63,998 bases of DNA, filler included, from Saprolegnia diclina VS20 (GCF_000281045.1; 7 parts of 2 records of this genome joined end to end with filler, not necessarily neighbours in it), one strand, 5' to 3'; positions 23,531 through 36,111 are shown, counted from the first letter of the whole stretch. Program-made: numbers and translations. Notes: generated by a model not told the origin, from the sequence alone.

Positions 23531-24460
23531 TTACGCCTGTCGCCGCGCACTCGTGGTCGTGCTCGACGTCGACGCGTTCGAGGTCGTCCGGCGCAGCTGC
23601 GTCGGCTTGACCATGTGCCGGTCCTGCATCAGGAGCAGAATCGAGCTCCGGGTCTGGTGGTACGACGGGTCGTACAGCGGCTTGCGCACCGAGACGTTCA
23701 GGTGTGTGTTGATATTGGGCGTGAACGTGCACTCGACGAGCTCGAGCTGCACCTTCAATCGAAGCAGCTTCTCGTTGCGCTCTTGGAGGTACGTGGCCGA
23801 GTAGAGCCGAGTCTCGATCGGCGGCAGCGGCCGCGTCGGCTCGTTCGTTGTCGGATGGAACGCATACGCCTGGCGCTTGGCCTCAAGGCGCGCGAGGCGG
23901 TCTTGGTGGTACGTCGGGCTATACAGGCGCGCGACGATCGTCAGCGTCGCGGGCTCGTCGGCCACACTGTCTGCCTTGTCGTCGTCGTCGTCGTTGGCGG
24001 CGCGGGCGGCGATCGCCGGGCGAAACGTGCACTCGACCGCATAGATGCGGTCGCGGGCCTCGGCAAGGCGCTCGTCGCGCTTCTGGTGGTAGTCGGGCTG
24101 GTACAGCCGCTCAAAGACGCTGCGCCACTGGGCGCCTTCGGGAATCATAAAGGTCGTCGTCGTCGTCTCGTCGTTGTCATTGTCGTCGTGGCGACGGCGA
24201 CGGCTGCTGCGCGTGGCAGGGTAGTACATGGCGGCGAGGTCGTGCGACGCCGACGTCGAGACGGTCGAGGCCGTGTCGGACCGGTCCCTATACTCATGCT
24301 TGGTCACGAGCGCGTCCGTGGTGGGCTTTAGCGGGCGGTCGCCGGACGCGTCGTACCGAGGGCCCCACTCGTCGGCGGAGGGCAGCGCCGCCGGGCTTGG
24401 CCGGCCGTCCATCGAGTACTTGCGCGTGAGGAGCGCGACGACGAAGGGCATCGAGAGCAT
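23531..24460 (-). CDS. Hypothetical protein with RLY...ECTFxP repeats (start uncertain: 24460, 24451 or 24412)
   Basis: Internal repeats FERLYQPDY...ECTFRP, ARLYSPTY...YAFHP, TRLYSATY...ECTFTP, KPLYDPSY; GC3-rich codon usage. Confidence 0.75.
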   Translation of the reverse strand: MLSMPFVVALLTRKYSMDGRPSPAALPSADEWGPRYDASGDRPLKPTTDALVTKHEYRDRSDTASTVSTSASHDLAAMYYPATRSSRRRRHDDNDNDETTTTTFMIPEGAQWRSVFERLYQPDYHQKRDERLAEARDRIYAVECTFRPAIAARAANDDDDDKADSVADEPATLTIVARLYSPTYHQDRLARLEAKRQAYAFHPTTNEPTRPLPPIETRLYSATYLQERNEKLLRLKVQLELVECTFTPNINTHLNVSVRKPLYDPSYHQTRSSILLLMQDRHMVKPTQLRRTTSNASTSSTTTSARRQA

Positions 24461-27400
24461 GCTGGAGCTGTACAGTACTTGGTCTATGCACTTGCTGGGA
24501 AAGCTAGAAATGGCAGCTGATCGCAATGGTATCTTCCTGGGTATAAACAGGAGGCGCCATCTGGGTTAAACCTTCGGGCCAATCAGATGCGCGCCGGCTT
24601 ACGATGTGGCCAATGAGCGACGGGAGCGTACCCAATCGCACCCAGAGAACTTCAAGTTCGCGCGCTTGTGGCCGACGCCGGAGAAAAACGCACGCGTTTA
24701 ACGTCAAACGCGAGGTGATCGCGGATGGCCACGGCTTGTCGAGTATTGGAGCGTGGTCTGAGTCGATGGTGGATGTCCTTATAGGGAAAAAGGCCAAGGG
24801 AGAGCGACGACGACGACGATGAAGCGATCTGCGTGCATTGCGTCAGGACCGCACGTTGCGAGTGTAACGGTTGCGACGCACCATAGCCGTCCATTTGCGA
24901 TCGCAGCTCGGTCGATTTCGAAGCTTGGAGCATAGCTTCCACTTGTATCTGGTTGGATGCGATCGTACATCGCTTGCCCACATACGGGCCGAGAGGGATG
25001 GGTTAAACGTATATAAACACGGCTGGACGACGGGGTCGGTCGACACTGCAGAGAGGCAGTATATTTTGTATCGACGTCAACACGTCCTTGGCCGTTGCAT
25101 GCGACTCGAAAGCAATGGACCACGTGGGTTTTGTTGGGGTACGTTTAACCAAGGCGTTTGCCGCACGCGTTAAAATGCCACGTTCGCGCTCGCCGAGTTC
25201 GCGCACTTTTGTGGGAGGATGCAAGCTTCCACTGGCGCGATCATATTCGTTACGCCAATGTCGCAAGACCGTTCTCTACCGACGAGAGCCCGGCGGCTTG
25301 CCGTCCATGTCCCAGGCAACACGCAACACGCAACACGGTGGGCCACATGTACACCGTACACGGCCCTCGTACATGATATCAAATTCGCACCGTCGAGACG
25401 GTGCAGTTGGTCCTGTTCAAGTCGCTCAAACCTCGAACGACGACGACGCACGAGATGCGTGAAGAGCTGACGCCATCGCATTCGAGGTTGAGTCGAGCAG
25501 ATCCGGCTTCTAGATTCCTCGACGATGGCACTCCTCGTGTCCACGCCACCGCCACCAGTGTTGACGCAAATACCAAGCACACTCTCGTCCTCGTCGCTTT
25601 GCGCTGTCCATGCATCGGGTTTTATTCCAAGTTCATTGGCTCGCGCCACCGATCTCGACGGCGGTACTTGGCCAGTAGCGAGGGTCGAGGCGACAAAGAC
25701 AGCCGCCCGTGCACATATTTCACGTCCTCTTATGCAGTCGGCGGTCGCCCAGATTGAAAGTAGCTAGTAGGGCAGCACCTCTGCGCTCGACGCACAGCAG
25801 CTCCCACGTGGCGCTGTAGAATTTACTGGAAGCCGAGGCGCCGTTGCGCATCGCGGCGTATCCGGATAGATAGGAGCGCGTTTGGGCCTGCCACGTATCG
25901 ACGAGATCTCGCAGTCAAGCGCAGGTTGTAGTCCGTCCACACGAGTTGACGACTGCTGGGCTGGGACCTCCGGCTCGAGATTGGGCACGATTGACTTTGC
26001 AAGCTGGCAAAGGGCAGATGCCGTGACCACCGGCGTGTCATCTTTGCTCGGTTGACACCGGCTACTGTACGCTCGGATTTGCCGAGAAGCGTGGGTGCCA
26101 GTTTGTTTTTCGCAACCGTTGTTGCTGCTGGCTACTGGATCAAAGCGCAAGACCTTGCCTCGTCTGGAGACTATCCAAGGGCGACGCCTCGCCGTGCAGT
26201 GTACCTGAATTTGGCACGTAGCAGTCGACCCACTTGTCGACAGAGATTGTGGACGACGTTCGGTCTGTGATCCGTGGCAACCTTGCGAACAAGGTGATTT
26301 GATGGCGCAGATCATAAGTGTCGATTCGACCAATCAGGATGTGTTTGGACCCCATTTTTGGCAAATCGGATTTCGGCAAAGGAGATGAAATAGTGTTATT
26401 AAGTATCGAGCAATCTACAGCTAAATCAAGCCCTTGTGCGGTGTTTCCAGCTAGTTCTTCGCAAAGCAGGAGTACGCACTGGTCAGAGCAACAAATTAGT
26501 GCAGTGTATTGGCAACGAAATGGTGTTGTGGCAACTGATTGCTCGAATAGGGATTGACCCAAGAAATGGTGTACTTCTTTGAAATACTGTAACTCGTCTT
26601 GGATTGGCAGTTCATTTGCACAAACGTTGTCAAGGCACTTCCTGAGAGAGGCAATGCTGTTCGTGTACATGTCGTACCAGTGTACCGCGGTGGCGAGAAT
26701 GGAAGTCTTATCAGTACTAGTGTAGTCCAGCAATAGTGGGCTCGTCGACTTGGTGACGTACTCGCGATACGTTGGTGAGAACCAGCGAGAACAAGCCAAG
26801 GGAGCACCCGTTGTTTGTCGGGAGCCAAAATGTTGGTGCCAAACTGCACGGATCAAGACCCACGGCTCCTTAAACCCGTCCTAAACTGGTGGTTTGGGCT
26901 GTGGGAAAGACACTCGCTCGTTGTCGCAATCTGCGTGTCGAAATTTTGGCCGCGTTCGAGCTGGTCGTGTTGTGTCGCGTTCAAAGCCCCAAACTCTTGT
27001 GCTCTTAAAGCGAAAAGCGGGGCTCCCTTTTTCTCGAATCAAGTTGTAATAACGGAGCAAAACCCCCAAGCAAGTGTGCGTCGGCCAGCAAAACGACCCA
27101 CACCAGAGCAAAAGATGTGGCATTTTAGACTCGACACTGCTCCAATGTATTGCATGGCTAATGACGCCCAACCTATCGTTGGTGAGACTCTTCCTCGGTC
27201 TCGTTCGATGCAACGGCTTCAACTGCAGAGTCCTCGTCGCATGCCTCGTGTACTAGATACCTAGTACACTAAGCAACGTCGTAAGTACCGGCGATGGCAC
27301 TCGACAAAGGTTCACTTTTGTTTTGGTTTTTCGCCTGGACTCTTTAACATGGATTTACATTGGCAGCGTCCATCGATGCATGGTCGCGTCGCTGCGCAGC

Positions 27401-27595
27401 TTGCCACCGTTGCAAGCAAGAAGCTCTTGACAACGGTAAGAAGCTCAAGACAACGGTAAAGAAGACGCCTATGTTCCCTCCAAAAACCCAGAAACCGCAC
27501 CCCGAAACCTTCGATTTTGGATCGCGAAGCTTTGCGCGAGCCGTTATGACACTGCTTCTGGGTCGACTACTTTTCAAACAACAACACCCGTGGCG

Positions 27596-28450
27596 ATGGA
27601 CGAGCTCTGCAACATTTGCTTTGAACCGAGCCACGTGGCGTCCGCGGTCTGGCGCTGCGACTCGTGCCCGGCGGTCGCGTGCCTCCGCTGCATGCGCCAC
27701 TATGTGCGTCACAAGGTCAATGGCGGCCAAGTGACAACCGGCCAGCTCGTGTGCCCGGGCCCGTGCCGGTCGCCGCTTGCCAACGTCGAGCTCTTTATGC
27801 AGCCGAGCTTGTTTGTCAAGTACACGCGGTTTCTCAACACGCAGCTCGAGATCCAGCAAGGCACGCGCTACTGCCCACGCCCGACGTGCGGCGCGCCTCT
27901 GAATATGGACAAGTCGTCGTCCGCCAAGCGCCGCGTCTACTGTGCGACCTGCGACACGGAGAGTTGCTTTGAGTGCGGCGACCTCTTCCACGCGTGGCCA
28001 GTCTGCAAGGACCGACGCTTTCGCAAGTATTGCGACCGCCATGCCGTGCAGACGTGTGCGCGCTGCCAATGGCCGATCGAGAAGCACGGCGGGTGTAACC
28101 ACATGACGTGCCTGCGGTGCGGCCACGAGTTTTGTTGGCTCTGCCTCGCCGAGTGGGGCGAGCACTCGAAAGTGCACTGCCTTCCACTCGCCATGCTGCA
28201 TTCGAAACACATTTTGTACGGCCCGACCGCGCCGATCCGCTTTGTGACCAAGTCGGTGCTCGCAACCGTCGCGACGGGGTCGGCGCTGGTCGTGGGCTCG
28301 GTCGCCGCGGGCCTCGCGGTGACGGGCGCCAGTGTCCTCGCGTGCGCGGCCGTGTTTGTTGTACCGCCCATCGCCCTCACCAAGCACCTCAAGAAGAAGA
28401 CCAAGCTGAAACAGCAGCGCCAAGCAAGCCATGCCACGGCCGCGGCCTGA
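27596..28450 (+). CDS. RBR E3 ligase paralog with membrane anchor and basic tail
   Basis: CNICFE...LVCPGPC, YCPRPTC, CARC..IEKHGGCNHMTCLRCGHEFCWLC, GPTAPIRFVTKSV, TM segment, KHLKKKTK. Confidence 0.92.
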   Translation: MDELCNICFEPSHVASAVWRCDSCPAVACLRCMRHYVRHKVNGGQVTTGQLVCPGPCRSPLANVELFMQPSLFVKYTRFLNTQLEIQQGTRYCPRPTCGAPLNMDKSSSAKRRVYCATCDTESCFECGDLFHAWPVCKDRRFRKYCDRHAVQTCARCQWPIEKHGGCNHMTCLRCGHEFCWLCLAEWGEHSKVHCLPLAMLHSKHILYGPTAPIRFVTKSVLATVATGSALVVGSVAAGLAVTGASVLACAAVFVVPPIALTKHLKKKTKLKQQRQASHATAAA

Positions 28451-29045
28451 GCGAATCGATGCTGGATTATGTGACCTGAACATTTCATTTGTATCTTGAA
28501 TGCACCACTACCCGTCCCTTTTGTGTGCTGGCGACTCGAACTCGTTGGTGAATCCGGCAAAGCTCTGTTTTACCAAGGGCATGCCGTATGCCCAAGGTAG
28601 ATCAGGCAGCAGGCATCCCTTATGAGCAGCGCATGATGGCCGCGCACATATATAGTTGAACGAAGTGTCTTCGACATGTATGCTAGCTAACATTCGAGCT
28701 GTCGTCGCGTCATGATGGCTCCGAATGGTTACCCTAGCCCTACCCGACCCTAGTCTGTGATCAACCGCTTCCGATCACGATACATGGTTGGGGACCATTT
28801 CATTTATCCCTGCAATGGACGCGACTAGGAACTGCCGGTGCCAAAGACGAAACATTCATGAAGCGCTTGCACACAACAGGCAAGGACGCTGGTGGCGTGC
28901 AGTCCGTGTTTAGGCTCTTCTGGAGTCGGGTGCGGTATGGTACAGTGCCACTTCAAGGGTAGTACCTGCACCTTGCGTCGGCAAACCACTAAGGTCGAGC
29001 AAACGAGGGATATGAGTTTGGATTCATATGCAAGCGGAATGCATG

Positions 29046-30056
29046 CTAGGACAACGTCTCACTGCAGAGACCGGTGACATGCTGTATCGGGACACGGCAC
29101 AGCGGGCATGACGTCGCTTGATCGATCCAATGACCGATGCATCCTGCGTGGAAGAGATGCTTGCAAGACGTCACGACAATGACGCCGGCTTGGCGAAGCT
29201 CGCTCGCGCCAAAGAGCACGAGGCAGATGGGACACGCAGCGTTGTTCACGGCGTCGTTCGGGGCGATGCTCAGCGGTACTGCCAGCACGCACGTTGCCTC
29301 GCGCGACGTGTCTTCACTAGGCTGTGGCGGCGCCGCTGTCGGGATGAGACCAGCACAACTCGCTTGGTCGGCGGTCTCGTCGGCAAGTTTCTTTGATGTC
29401 GCAGCACCGGTGGCTTCGGGCAGAGGCGGTAGCTGGTTCAAGTCGGGGGCCGACGCGACCTCAATGTCTAGCGCCTCGGGGGCGGACGGCGTCGGGCCGT
29501 TCTCGGGCAGCACTTCGTTCATGGTGGCGACTGGGGCCGTGGGTACGCGCTGGGTCCGCTCCAGCGGCAGCACAATGCCGAGCGACGGTAGCACAATAAC
29601 CTTGCGTACGGTCTGGACGAGCACGCGGACTTCCGAGATGGCCGATCGGTGCGGGTCCATGAGATGGATGCGCGTATGTAAGAGCGCAAAGAAGAAATCT
29701 TGGTAGAGGCGAATGCGCTTCTGCACGCGTTTGTGGCTCGTCGACGCAAAGAGCGTCGTGGGCAACTCGATGCGCAGCACCGGCAGCAGCAATCGCACGT
29801 ACTCGGGGTCGGCTTTGAGCGCTTTTGCATGCTGGACGAGGTCGGCGCGCAGCGCAATCAGCTTGGAGTGGCGGAGCGTGACGTCCCACCACACCTTGTG
29901 CAGCGGGCAGAGCAATGTGATCATGTATTCTGTGTGCACGTCGTAGCTTCGGAGTGTGTTGAGGCGTGGCGTGATAGCGATTTGGAGCGGTGAGACGAGC
30001 TCGAGAGGCTCCTGCTCGTTGCTGCTACTCGCCTGCACCGACGGCGACGACGACAT
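29046..30056 (-). CDS. PX-like domain + Pro/Ala linker + RING-H2 protein (putative E3)
   Basis: LCPLHKVWWDVTLRHSKL...KRIRLYQDFF; C-terminal CPIC...CKHLFHAGC...CPLCR. Confidence 0.85.
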   Translation of the reverse strand: MSSSPSVQASSSNEQEPLELVSPLQIAITPRLNTLRSYDVHTEYMITLLCPLHKVWWDVTLRHSKLIALRADLVQHAKALKADPEYVRLLLPVLRIELPTTLFASTSHKRVQKRIRLYQDFFFALLHTRIHLMDPHRSAISEVRVLVQTVRKVIVLPSLGIVLPLERTQRVPTAPVATMNEVLPENGPTPSAPEALDIEVASAPDLNQLPPLPEATGAATSKKLADETADQASCAGLIPTAAPPQPSEDTSREATCVLAVPLSIAPNDAVNNAACPICLVLFGASELRQAGVIVVTSCKHLFHAGCIGHWIDQATSCPLCRVPIQHVTGLCSETLS

Positions 30057-30607
30057 GCTGCTACGATGCTGCTCTGTCGTTTCTAGCACCAGCTGGCGCC
30101 ACGCCCGTCACAAACCCCGTTTTTCCGGCGCAATCTCGGATAATCACACCGTAAAAAGACGTTTCCCATATGACCTTTTCAGCCAATCACATTGCGTCAT
30201 ACATGTCAAGCCACATTGCCGCCTTTGCCGTGGGCATTCGCCAAGTACACGTCCCTCTCTGGATGCACGCACCTGTCGGCGATGATTGTCTGCGGTCTTG
30301 GTGCCGATCGTCCACCGATACAATATGAATCGGAGCACCTCGCATACGTCGCAATGACTTGATAAATGTATGCGACGCAGATGGCGGGCGTGGATTGGCT
30401 GCAATAATGCCAGCCTGTCGTGTCTTTTTCCGTCTAGAAAAACGCAACTGCAATCTCGGATAGTGGATAGTCTTCTTGTTGATGTTACACCAAGAGCGGC
30501 TTTGGCGCTCGTCAAATGGGACCTGAATCGATCGCACGACATGCTTTCCACATACAACGTAGACGACTACGACACATGATGTATATTGCATTTGCTTAAA
30601 AACTAGT

Positions 30608-31324
30608 TTAATCATTGTACAAGCCCGTAATGTGGGCAATGTGGTCTCGACAGAGCGGGCACGTTGTTTTTGCAAGGCCAATCCAGCTGTCAATGCACGA
30701 CGCATGGAAGAGATGGTCGCACGACGTCTTGACGATATGGCCCGCAGTCTGAAACTCATCGTGCGTGAAGGCGACAAGGCAGATCGTGCAGTCGTTGTTG
30801 AAGAGCGCTGCGATCGCCGGCGCTTCCGAGAGCGGGACGCCGACCGGGATGTCATCGTCCATCTCGGGCGCAGTGCCAACCGGCGGCAATGGCGGTGCGT
30901 CCTCAGCCGGGTTATACGGCGTGCGCAAAAAGGTCTGAACGAGGACAACCAGGTCGCGCACGACCGTGTGCGACTGCCGGCGCGATGCGAGGTGCAACTT
31001 GGCGCTGAGCAAGTTGCCAAAGAAGGCCTGAAAACCGCGGATGCGCTCGGTTTGGACACGGATCGAGGACGACGAGAGGCGGCGCCGCGGAAACCACGCC
31101 GAGGGCACGACCGTCGAGAGAGCCTCGGCGAACGTGTGCTTTTCCCACTGCAATGAGAGCTGGAGGCTGCAGAGGCGGTCGTAGAACGAGCGGATCTTGG
31201 AGTAGCGCGCTAGGATGGTCCACCACTGGCCCATGACGGGGCAGATGAGCGCGATGCGGTACATGACGACGCCCTTCTCGACGTACGCTTCGATGCGGAC
31301 GCGCTCGACCCCGTTCAGATCCAT
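30608..31324 (-). CDS. PX + RING-H2 protein (putative E3), 238 aa
   Basis: YRIALICPVMGQWWTILARYS...FPRRR...ERIRGFQAFF...FL; CTIC...CDHLFHASC...CPLCR..ITGLY. Confidence 0.9.
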   Translation of the reverse strand: MDLNGVERVRIEAYVEKGVVMYRIALICPVMGQWWTILARYSKIRSFYDRLCSLQLSLQWEKHTFAEALSTVVPSAWFPRRRLSSSSIRVQTERIRGFQAFFGNLLSAKLHLASRRQSHTVVRDLVVLVQTFLRTPYNPAEDAPPLPPVGTAPEMDDDIPVGVPLSEAPAIAALFNNDCTICLVAFTHDEFQTAGHIVKTSCDHLFHASCIDSWIGLAKTTCPLCRDHIAHITGLYND

Positions 31325-32307
31325 GCTGAGCTGTGACCTTGGAGCCCAATTGGCAATTGCGCCCGTGACTCACCTTGCGGGTGGCGCCGGCTCTGTGGGT
31401 GCACCTTTTTTTCTAAAAAAACGCAACTTGCTGACTCCGGGTTGTGTGATTCGTGGGCGTTTGTCCTACCCTGGCTTACTTCACATGGCATCGCAGTCCT
31501 CTGTCTGCGGCCGTGCTGTCAATAAAGATCCAAGAACAGCGGCGCCAGGGTCGACACGAAGGCGACAAAAGTGCACCCACAGTTAGGATGGTGTCCCAGC
31601 TGAAATACAGCTTCGACCAGAGTATCACACTTGTCTAGCTCTTGTCGGCCTACCGTGACATCGTCAGTGTCATTCCCCACAGTATAGGTAGATGGTGGTG
31701 TCATAAACAGACCGATGGACTATACACCGACCTGTCAAGACCCGTTGGACTCGTTATCACCGAATCTTAAAGTTGGGTCAAGGAAGAGGGGCAGACAGAG
31801 TCTGCGAGTATGTAGCTACTAGACCGAGTCTAGTAACCATGAGTATCATTGCATTGCTAGTGTTTTTTTCGCTACACAATAGGACAGGACAAGCTTGGCG
31901 GTCGAATTCATGCACTGTCGACGTCTGTGCCGAATTTACGTGCTCGATGGTCGTGGGACCAGATACGGCGTCTGGCTTTGCGTCACCGGTGCTGTTTTAG
32001 ATGCGAGATCTGATCAGCGAGTGCCATCGTGTCACTTTACACCACTACTAGACGGTCAATGCTACCAGTACACCACCGGTGGCGCAACAAGGGGTAGGGT
32101 TTTGCAACGCTTTGCATCTGCATCGTCGTACGGACTCGACCGACCGTCAACATCTAATCCGTGTCTAATCTGGTACTACGTCACATTGGATCTGGTAACG
32201 ACGACGACACGGTGTGCCACTCCAGTTTCCACTTACTAGTACTCGTATCTTCCACAACATTGGACAAAAATGCTTGTATAAATAGTACAATAAGTTAAAA
32301 GGTACGA

Positions 32308-33093
32308 CTACATGTAGAGGCCGACCATGGCATCGACGTGGTCTCGGCAAATGGGGCACGACGGTTGCGACTGCATCCACTTGGCAAGGCACCCTTGGTG
32401 AAACACATGGCTGCAGCGCGTCTTGACGACGACGCCGGGAACCGAGAGGTCGGCTTCACTGAACGGCGCGAGGCAGATGCTGCAGTCGACATGGTCGGGG
32501 CAGCGGACGATGGCCGGCACCTTTTCGTAGCTGACCGTGAGCATCGCCGGCGCGGCCATGAACGACTGGACGACGTTGACGAGCTGGACCCAGAGCGCGG
32601 GCAGGTTGCTGGCGTCGTGCGCCAAGTCGATGAGGTGGATCTTCGAGTCGACGAGGCGGCAAAAGAAGACACGGAACGCCTTGGTGCGCTCAGCGACGAC
32701 CCACGACGCCTCCGAGTCGAGGCGCTTGGGCGGAAACGGCGTGTCGAGCAGCCACGCCAGCTGCAAGAGGAGCTCGCGGGCGAGGCGGTCCTTGAGCTTC
32801 GGGTGCGTTTGGTTGTACGCTGCAAAGAGCGACGCGAGCGACGTGCGGAAGGCCAGCACGGCCGAGTAGCGCGTCGATAGCGTCCAGTCGCGCTTGGTGA
32901 CGGGGCAGCGAAGGCGAACGTTGTACGCCGTGTGCTTGGCGAGGTACCCGGCCTCGGTCGCACTCGTCGTTGTCGAGACCACGACGTCGTCCTCCATCTT
33001 GGGCGAGAACGGCGCTTGATGGTCCTCGTCAAACGAGGCCATGGGCGAGAGCGCGCGCACGTCGACCTTGCTCAAGCTGCTTCGTAGCGCCAT
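32308..33093 (-). CDS. PX + RING-H2 protein (putative E3)
   Basis: YNVRLRCPVTKRDWTLSTRYS...FPPKRLD...ERTKAF; CSIC...CSHVFHQGC...CPICR..MVGLY. Confidence 0.9.
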   Translation of the reverse strand: MALRSSLSKVDVRALSPMASFDEDHQAPFSPKMEDDVVVSTTTSATEAGYLAKHTAYNVRLRCPVTKRDWTLSTRYSAVLAFRTSLASLFAAYNQTHPKLKDRLARELLLQLAWLLDTPFPPKRLDSEASWVVAERTKAFRVFFCRLVDSKIHLIDLAHDASNLPALWVQLVNVVQSFMAAPAMLTVSYEKVPAIVRCPDHVDCSICLAPFSEADLSVPGVVVKTRCSHVFHQGCLAKWMQSQPSCPICRDHVDAMVGLYM

Positions 33094-35373
33094 GAGAGTG
33101 TAGTTGATTGGTGTTGGGTTTTCGGAAGCGAGTTGAAAAGTGAGGCCAGCTGGCTGTGCAGTGACGCCACTGGTCCGGCTTTGTGCCCGGACTTGAGGTT
33201 TCGAGAGATTCGAGCGAAAAAAGTGGATTCGCCCGCCCGTGCGACAGCGGCTCTTGCCGACGATCGCAACAGCGACGACCAAGCGCGCAGACAGGCGGTA
33301 CGCGCGGAGGTGTCGATACTGACGTCGAGTGCGGAGGCACCGGAAGGCATGCAGCGCGCAACGCCTGGCGCCGCGCGGCCGGCGTCGACTACATAGTACC
33401 GGCGTTGAATGTGCGTACGACCCTTCCGTGTCGCAGGCGGATGACTGCCAACAGTGCCACCTCTGCTTGGTTTTCTCACCGTTTCACACGGTGCTTTTAG
33501 TGTTTTACACGTACGTGTGTTTTCTATGCATATCACACATATACTGCACGCGTGGGAAATTTGTGAAAAGGAGCCATCAAGCCTCTCAGCGCCGTGTGAG
33601 GACCCTTCATACGAGCACGCAGCGATAGCAAGATGCATACGTTTTCAAGGGACCTCGTACGCGGTGCAAGGACATCGGGAAGTGGAGATTCAATCGTGTG
33701 AAAAACACGTTTCGCACGTGTGCTATGTGAAAGAACACATTTCACATGTGGGCAACCCAGTGCAATGTGATGGCTTGTACCGCAATAAGTTCGAGATTCG
33801 ATCGTCGTCGGGCGTCGCATCTGGCGCTCGAACCAGCTTCTGAGCGCTGCGAACAAGCGCGCAATTGCCTCCAGCACACGCCAGTGGAGGTGGATATGCT
33901 GTGCCCGCCGCCCGTTGGGTGGGCCCGACGCGCTGCGGCGTGTGGCCACTGCCGCCGCCAGCGACGGGACAGTTGAATCTCAGGGGGCAGCTCGCGGTTC
34001 TTTGGGACGGCACGGGCTCGGCGGTCGGTGGCTACTCGCGGTATGACATCCACCTACACTTGCACTTGGTACGAGCGATCGAACGCCGCCTTCTTCTCGA
34101 GCCAACCATGGAGATTCGAGTCCATACTGCGCACCAGCACCGTGCATGACGACGATGGTTCGTCAAATCTGATCGTCTTGGCTGCGAAAAGGAACCAAGC
34201 GCATTGGGAGAGTTTGACTTCAGCAGCAGCAAGCGTACACATACAACAACACCAACAACAGCGCAGTCGAAAAGAAGCGCGCGGGCTGCCGCAACAAAAA
34301 GAAAAACGAACGCGCAAGAAGCTAGCATGGGAGGAACAGCGATAGAAGGCTGGTGAATACAGTAGCAGGTACCAGGTACTAGAGTGCTGCCCCAGAGCGT
34401 TGCTCAATCGGCGTTGTCTCTGACTCGCGTACAATACGTGAAGCGGGAGGAGATCCACGTGGACGCGCAGAGCTGACGCGCAGCTATGTACGACATGCAG
34501 CTGGCTCATATTATCGCCGCATCTGATCCATGCACGGTAGTACCTCAACGCGGCAAGCTCCACTGGCAAAGAGTAGCTACGTATCCCTGACGAGGCTGGT
34601 AAACCAAGGTGGTCGGACCAAAATCCTCCGAGATTGAGCGCCGCCGAATCATCAACCTCGGAACACTGCCGTTGTTGAGCAAACAACGATGCTGCGCGGT
34701 ATACTGTGCGCAAGGTGGGGGCGAAGGCGCAGTGAAACCCAAGTTCTGGACTGGTGTTGGACATGTACCAGACTGCGATCAGATGTGTACCAGATACACA
34801 CGCCCGCTCGTTGCAGTTGGGACCGAATGCCCACTCTTTTCATTCTGATCTCAATGGGCCTCACCAGCCGCCAGTGTGAATGTGTTTGCTCAAGCTGTTT
34901 GCTCAGTTTCAAATATGCTGTGCACGCGCCAACCTTCCTTTGTGCGTGCTAGTCGGCATCACCGACGACTCGGTTCGTGTTGTGTTTGAACTCAATATGG
35001 TGCTCGGGTTAGCTGCGATCGCGAGCCGGTGCAAAAGCGGCTCCAAAGCTGCTCGTTTCACGCAACTAGGCGCCCAGAGAGGTTGTACTAGTAGCTCCAA
35101 CGCTGCGCAAAGTTGACTAAGAGATAATGGGAGAAGCGCACGAAGATGCGACGACCACGTTGGTACACCTTTCGAGGTTTGGTACCGAACGTGTCGCTCG
35201 TTCATTAGAATGGCTTTCGAATGGCACGTCCTCATCGGCTGTCGTGATGAGGTTATGGGTAGCATTGATGGTATATTGTCGCTTTGGCGTGGGCACGACG
35301 CAGTCTGCTGTGTCCAAATGAGATGATTGAGTTTGAGTAAATTAAAAAATAACATCAAGTAGCCGCCAAGAAG

Positions 35374-36111
35374 CTAGACGGACACGGCAGCCGACAAGAA
35401 GAGACCGACGATCGACTCGATGCGGTGGCGGCAGATGGGGCACGTCGCCGCCGTCTCCATCCACTCGGCGATGCAGCCTTGGTGAAACACATGCGTGCAC
35501 TGCGTCTCGACGACGACACCGGGGATACCAAAGTCGTCACGGCTAAATGGCACAAGGCAAATGCTGCACTCGGTCTCATTCGGCAGGCTCGTGCGCGACT
35601 GAAAGGCCATCGAGAGCATCGATGGGGGTACTTCGAGGAACGCTTGCGCGAGCGCAATGTACGTGGCCCAAACGGGCGGCAGCGCCGAGGCCGACGCGAG
35701 CTGGAAGAGGTGCGCTTTCGTGTCGAGAACTCTGTCGCAAAAGGTGCGGAATGCAATGCAGCGCTCGTCAATGACCCAGCCCGCCTCCGGGTCGAGGCGC
35801 TTGGGCGGAAACGGCGTCTCGAGAAGGCTCGCGAGCTGCAGCAAGAGCGGGTCGTCGCCGCGCGCATACGACGCATACAGCTTCTGCAGCGCGGTGCGGA
35901 AGGCAAGCATGGCCGAGTAGCGCTTCGTGACGCTCCAGCGGCGGCGCGTGACGGGGCAGACGAGCATCACGTGGTACTGCACGTACTTGCCGGCGTAGCC
36001 CGCGGCCTTGGTGCCAATGGACGTCCGGACGCGTGCGTCGGGCGAGGCCGGCGGCGCGGCCAGCAGCGGCGCGAACGCAATCGACGGCGACGGTGCTGCA
36101 ATCGTCGTCAT
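35374..36111 (-). CDS. PX + RING-H2 protein (putative E3)
   Basis: YHVMLVCPVTRRRWSVTKRYS...FPPKRLD...ERC; CSIC...CTHVFHQGC...CPICR..IVGLF. Confidence 0.9.
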   Translation of the reverse strand: MTTIAAPSPSIAFAPLLAAPPASPDARVRTSIGTKAAGYAGKYVQYHVMLVCPVTRRRWSVTKRYSAMLAFRTALQKLYASYARGDDPLLLQLASLLETPFPPKRLDPEAGWVIDERCIAFRTFCDRVLDTKAHLFQLASASALPPVWATYIALAQAFLEVPPSMLSMAFQSRTSLPNETECSICLVPFSRDDFGIPGVVVETQCTHVFHQGCIAEWMETAATCPICRHRIESIVGLFLSAAVSV

